Source: Candidatus Bipolaricaulota bacterium
GTDB taxonomy: Bacteria > Bipolaricaulota > Bipolaricaulia > UBA7950 > UBA9294
DNA: 49,800 nucleotides
Assembly: GCA_021159105.1 (NCBI GenBank)
Contig: JAGGSM010000064.1
Location: 1-49,800 of the forward strand
Direction: 5' to 3'
Of this stretch, positions 46,556-49,800 are shown piece by piece. Made by a program: the position numbers and the translations under genes. The number at the start of each line of letters is the position of its first letter. Within the stretch, counting starts at the first letter, position 1. The notes beneath the pieces were generated by a model. The model was not told where the DNA came from and ran no database searches. It saw only the letters and a program-made list of their open reading frames with translations.

Positions 46556-47116
46556 TTACTTGGGCATCACCGTGTACACAACCTCAAGGCCATAGCTACC
46601 GGGCCGGTAGTCACTTCCGAGCAATATGCGGTGGTCAACACCGATGTCGAAGCTTCCCCGATTCCCACTTGCCAGTATCTGAGGTGTGTTGCTGATTGGG
46701 AAATACTCCCCTCCATGTTCGCGCAGCAGAAAGTCTGAGATTGGCTTTGTGAACGTTCTATCATCGCTCTGTCCCATATCAGTCTCATCTGTCCACACCT
46801 GGACCTTCCACGGGATATTGCTGTTTACGGTGAGGTCGACCGAGTTCATCTCCTCTATGTACCCCCGTTGAAGATCGTAATCTTCTGGCTGGGGCATCAC
46901 ATAATCGGCTGTCACCGAAGGCCCGTGCGTCCCGGAGCCGGCGATTCGCAGTTCTTGATACGGAAGAACGGTCCAGCTCATGTGCACAGTAACGGAGCTC
47001 TGAGTGGCTAACACCAGCCCGACAGCGGACACAGTAGCAATGCAGGCGAGAGCGACCATTGCCCCCCTCCTGTGCCCTTTGATCCACGCCCCGAATCTGG
47101 GAAAAACTCGTTTCAT
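46556..47116 (-). CDS. small secreted beta-sandwich protein, WxL-like/pilin-like (paralog 5)
   Basis: 186 aa from ATG 47114-47116 (AGAGGTG RBS), plus a signal peptide. Motifs are VNSNIPWKVQVW and C-terminal PGSYGLEVVYTVMPK. Confidence 0.7.
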   Translation of the reverse strand: MKRVFPRFGAWIKGHRRGAMVALACIATVSAVGLVLATQSSVTVHMSWTVLPYQELRIAGSGTHGPSVTADYVMPQPEDYDLQRGYIEEMNSVDLTVNSNIPWKVQVWTDETDMGQSDDRTFTKPISDFLLREHGGEYFPISNTPQILASGNRGSFDIGVDHRILLGSDYRPGSYGLEVVYTVMPK

Positions 47117-47215
47117 CATCATCACCTCTAACGCGTAGCCGCATAAACAAGCTACCGATGATACATCTATCATTCTACTGAGAAGCTTCGCTCCTCGCCA
47201 ATCGCTGACAATTAT

Positions 47216-47244
47216 ATTATACCTTGCACGCACATTCTTTAGAC
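47216..47244 (-). promoter_or_regulatory. shared promoter-like motif, copy on minus strand (GTCTAAA-N16-TATAAT)
   Basis: Minus strand reads GTCTAAAGAATGTGCGTGCAAGGTATAATATAATTG. Same 23-nt register as copies 1 and 2. No riboswitch lies between it and the 47116 start. Confidence 0.5.
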
Positions 47245-47379
47245 AACGAGCTTGCGCAAGTCGCCAGACAGTCTTCTCAGGGACCCTAGCCGGTCTATAC
47301 GCGATAGGCGTAAAGGAAAGTGAAACACTGATCTGGTCGGTGATGGGGTGAGATTATTGTGTCTCGTTTCCTCGCGGTC

Positions 47380-47407
47380 TTGACATGGCGCGCATGAGAA
47401 GTATAAT
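47380..47407 (+). promoter_or_regulatory. near-consensus sigma70-type promoter of the third riboswitch unit
   Basis: TTGACA (47380-47385), 16-nt spacer, TATAAT (47402-47407), followed by the same TATAGGTGTA as copy 1. Confidence 0.65.
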
Positions 47408-47502
47408 ATAGGTGTAAAAAGTGGCAGATGGTAAAAATAAGGGAGGTGGTAGGTGGAGTGAAGATTATGTAAACTGTACGAAGTAGTATGTTGCCTCTCA
47501 CA

Positions 47503-47676
47503 AGCATTGAAGGGCAACCCGCACGAAAGGGCGGGGCGCAAAGCTACGGCCTGCAAAGGTATGGACGAAAGGGCAAACCGGGAGCGATCCCGGGGCGCAA
47601 AGCCTTGAGTCTTCTTTTATTAGAAGATCGTCAGGCTGCCGTGGCGTACCTAATGGTGGCAGAGCTACAAGATGCT
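47503..47676 (+). promoter_or_regulatory. c-di-GMP-I riboswitch, outer aptamer of nested tandem, copy 3 (divergent)
   Basis: GGGCAACCC-GCAC-GAAA-GGGC-GGGGCGCAAAGCUACGGCC (47511-47551), then AAUGGUGGCAGAGCUAC (47652-47668). Closing helix is AGCAUU/GAUGCU. Confidence 0.55.
47571..47640 (+). promoter_or_regulatory. c-di-GMP-I riboswitch, inner complete aptamer, copy 3
   Basis: GGGCAAACC GGGA-GCGA-UCCC GGGGCGCAAAGCC UUGA GUCUUCU-UUUAUU-AGAAGAU CGUCAGGCUGCC. Confidence 0.8.
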
Positions 47677-47708
47677 CATGAAATAAAGACCATTAGGAGG
47701 TGCTTAAC

Positions 47709-48206
47709 ATGAAGAGGCTTTTTATATCGATTTTGGTAGTAGCGGTGGCAGTGAGTGTGGGTGTTGCGGTTTGGGCCAGCAATCCACAGGATGTACGGGT
47801 GAACTGGCACACCAATAGTTGGATTATCCTCTACGTGCCCGACCAGAGTATCGAGCTGGGTACGATTGACGGTAGCCAGTACAATCCGGCGAGCGAGACC
47901 TGGACGCCGATTACCGATGGGAGCGATCACAGCGCGTACGTGATAACGAACAACGCCGCTGGCTTCACGCTTTCGGTGTCTGCCGCAAACGCTGCTGGGT
48001 ATGTAGCAGCTGATCTGTCTCGTTTCCAGATGGTTGGTGGGAATCTCGGAACGTGGACTGGTAACCTCAATAACACTCAGATCCTGAGCGGTTCGAGTGT
48101 TGGTGTCGGGAGAGCAACCAACATCAACTACCAGTACGTTCCAAGCTGGGACGATGCTGCTGGTGACTATCGCGTGATCGTCACCTACACGGCGACCGCA
48201 CAATAG
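47709..48206 (+). CDS. small secreted beta-sandwich protein, WxL-like/pilin-like (paralog 3)
   Basis: 165 aa from ATG 47709 (AGGAGGTG, 6-nt spacer), plus a signal peptide. Motifs are SIELGTIDGSQY, ITNNAAGFTLSVS and AGDYRVIVTYTATAQ. Confidence 0.78.
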   Translation: MKRLFISILVVAVAVSVGVAVWASNPQDVRVNWHTNSWIILYVPDQSIELGTIDGSQYNPASETWTPITDGSDHSAYVITNNAAGFTLSVSAANAAGYVAADLSRFQMVGGNLGTWTGNLNNTQILSGSSVGVGRATNINYQYVPSWDDAAGDYRVIVTYTATAQ

Positions 48207-48232
48207 GATATCACGGATGGAGCGGTCAAGTT

Positions 48233-49195
48233 ATGGCCGCTCCACATTCCAAAATGTCCATCAAAGCTGTTCTTCTTTTCCTTCTCGTCTTCCTTCTGGC
48301 CAGTCTGGGCGCCATCGCCAAAACGAGCTGCAACAGTTGGTGGACGGACGAAACCTGCCTCACCGTGCATCCTGATGTCGATCTGGGGACCATCGACTCA
48401 TCCCTTTTTCATGGTGCCACACCCGAAGGGAGCGGCGCATTACAGCCGCTCACGGCGCTGGACAACGCAATTGACATTACGCGCAATGGTTGGGCGAGCC
48501 TGAACTGGACCCTTGAGGTCAAGGCGGCATCGAGCTTGGGGGTGGCCCTTTCGCGCCTGCACTGGAGACACAGTGGAACAGGAGAAGGATACCTGCCGTT
48601 CTCATCGCTCGGCGCTTGGACGCAAGTGGCGACTGGGAGGGGGTCGGCATCTGTCCCAGTGGACTATGAGTACTTGCCGACAACTGCGGATGCTCCTGGG
48701 AACCATCAAGTTACCCTCACCTATCGTGTCACGATCTCATGGGGATCCTATGAGTTGTATTCTGTCAGTGAGGACACGGTGTTGTTCCTCAATGCACGTG
48801 ACTGGATTGTCCTTGCCATTAACGATCGCATCGATCTTGGCACGATCGATGGCGCCGGTTATGTGATGGGAAGGGGGCTTCCGGCGCGTGACAGTGTTGG
48901 CAATGGCATGTTCATCGTCAGCAATTTGACTACGGGCTGGGATGTCACGCTTCAGGTAGGATCGCTATCAACCCCACCGTGCTACAGAGGGGATCTGTTG
49001 AGAGTCTTCTTCTGGCAGATAGACGGCTCGACGTTCCGTTCGGCGAGCGGGCTGCAGGCGCAGCCCATCACTGTGGCTTCAAGCAGTGCGCCAGGGAAGG
49101 TGCAGCACACGCTCGGCTACCGCTACACTCCAACGACTGCTGAATGCGGAGGAGATTATTCCATATCTTTGATCTACACGGCAACGCCGCGCTAG
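48233..49195 (+). CDS. secreted protein with two tandem copies of the same WxL-like/pilin-like domain (paralog 4)
   Basis: 320 aa with a signal peptide. Domain 1 has DVDLGTIDSSLF, LNWTLEVK and PGNHQVTLTYRVTIS. Domain 2 has RIDLGTIDGAGY, TTGWDVTLQV and GGDYSISLIYTATPR. Confidence 0.75.
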   Translation: MAAPHSKMSIKAVLLFLLVFLLASLGAIAKTSCNSWWTDETCLTVHPDVDLGTIDSSLFHGATPEGSGALQPLTALDNAIDITRNGWASLNWTLEVKAASSLGVALSRLHWRHSGTGEGYLPFSSLGAWTQVATGRGSASVPVDYEYLPTTADAPGNHQVTLTYRVTISWGSYELYSVSEDTVLFLNARDWIVLAINDRIDLGTIDGAGYVMGRGLPARDSVGNGMFIVSNLTTGWDVTLQVGSLSTPPCYRGDLLRVFFWQIDGSTFRSASGLQAQPITVASSSAPGKVQHTLGYRYTPTTAECGGDYSISLIYTATPR

Positions 49196-49248
49196 CGTGC
49201 TTGCATTTGCTTGGTCACATCTGGCAGAATAGCTGTGAGGAGGGACAG

Positions 49249-49800
49249 ATGAGATCGGCAAGATTCTTCTTTCTTATTGCAGCGGTCATCGTTGGTGTCA
49301 GCGTGAACTGCCTTGCGCTCCAGATTACGCAGATCGAGTTTGATCTGCACATGCCTCCAGGATCTGCGGACACGTACACGTTTCAGGTGATCAACAATGA
49401 GGCAGACTCCCAGGATGTGACGGTGTACATCGGGGACTGGACGCGAACGGAGAGCGGCGAGAACGATTTTCTCTCCCTTGACAGTGCCCGCTGGCTCTTT
49501 GCGCGCAAGTTCAAGGCAGGGGATGAGTTGGACATCCAGTATCGTGCTACCCTGCCCAGGGATGGCATCACCGTGAATGGGACATATGCAACGGGAAGCC
49601 CCGCTGCGCAGGGGGAGATTGTTGGTGAAAGTAACCTCCTCGTGGTTGGAGCGCAGACCCCGGTTGAACCGACTGATGGGGTGGTCGCCATCACCCGCAC
49701 CGTCGTCTCCGTGGGGGACGGTGGAGCAGTCACTGTCGATCTGCACGTGCATGCGCTGCAGGACTTCGGAGGCTTACGCATCGACGAGACATTCTCCTTG
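49249..49800 (+). CDS. secreted chaperone-like Ig-domain protein, paralog of the 41448 gene (partial; runs off the right edge)
   Basis: Not in the ORF track (no stop). GAGGAGGG RBS and ATG 49249. Hand translation gives MRSARFFFLIAAVIVGVSVNCLALQITQIEFDLHMPPGSADTYTFQVINNEADSQDVTVYIGDWTRTESGENDF..., open through 49800. The N-terminal block aligns with LLRFDAQPGANEETLLTVENNEGSDIRVRVRLIDWDDTPDG of the 41448 protein. Confidence 0.7.
   Translation, partial: MRSARFFFLIAAVIVGVSVNCLALQITQIEFDLHMPPGSADTYTFQVINNEADSQDVTVYIGDWTRTESGENDFLSLDSARWLFARKFKAGDELDIQYRATLPRDGITVNGTYATGSPAAQGEIVGESNLLVVGAQTPVEPTDGVVAITRTVVSVGDGGAVTVDLHVHALQDFGGLRIDETFSL

Noticed and set aside
47441-47472. A start-stop mini-ORF (ATG-TAA at 47467-47472) behind GGGAGGTGG/GGTGGAGTG in the third leader
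   Set aside because: It is present only in copy 3, is not conserved in copies 1 and 2, and could easily be fortuitous. I have no way to support function from sequence alone.
39497-47640. The repeated GGGACGCAAAGC / GCAAACC blocks as a possible CRISPR array or other direct-repeat array
   Set aside because: There are only six occurrences, in three pairs. Each is embedded in a structured riboswitch context. Spacing is irregular and there are no cas genes.

Overview
GC-rich bacterial chromosomal window with strong GGAGG-type Shine-Dalgarno sites and many 4-nt start/stop overlaps. I found no rRNA or tRNA genes, CRISPR arrays, transposases or integrases. Positions 1 to about 39,100 are mostly housekeeping and anaerobic-metabolism genes. 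They include ppdK (partial, GTG start, absent from the ORF track), ftsY, argS, a family-5 ABC importer without ATPase genes, gyrA, tyrS, cysK-cysE, a nucleoside hydrolase with rbsK, a tungsten-type aldehyde:ferredoxin oxidoreductase with two MoaD/ThiS-like genes, comEA, surE, rsmD, a gltX-linked extracytoplasmic thiol-redox operon, and a glycyl-radical enzyme with its activase. The last roughly 10.5 kb (about 39,300-49,800) is different. Three leaders carry tandem c-di-GMP-I (GEMM-I) riboswitch aptamers. By hand-folding, the second aptamer appears to be inserted inside the P3 stem of the first. Each leader precedes a paralogous small secreted beta-sandwich protein with WxL-like or pilin-like motifs. 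The island also encodes two chaperone-like two-Ig-domain proteins (one with a C-terminal dockerin), a membrane protein with a degenerate GGDEF domain but an intact RxxD I-site (a likely c-di-GMP receptor), and a beta-helix/solute-binding-domain fusion. Several of these units share a promoter-like motif. I interpret the island as a c-di-GMP-controlled cell-surface fibre or adhesin module with no described close equivalent that I know of. All folds, motif matches and family assignments were made by eye and need computational and experimental confirmation.
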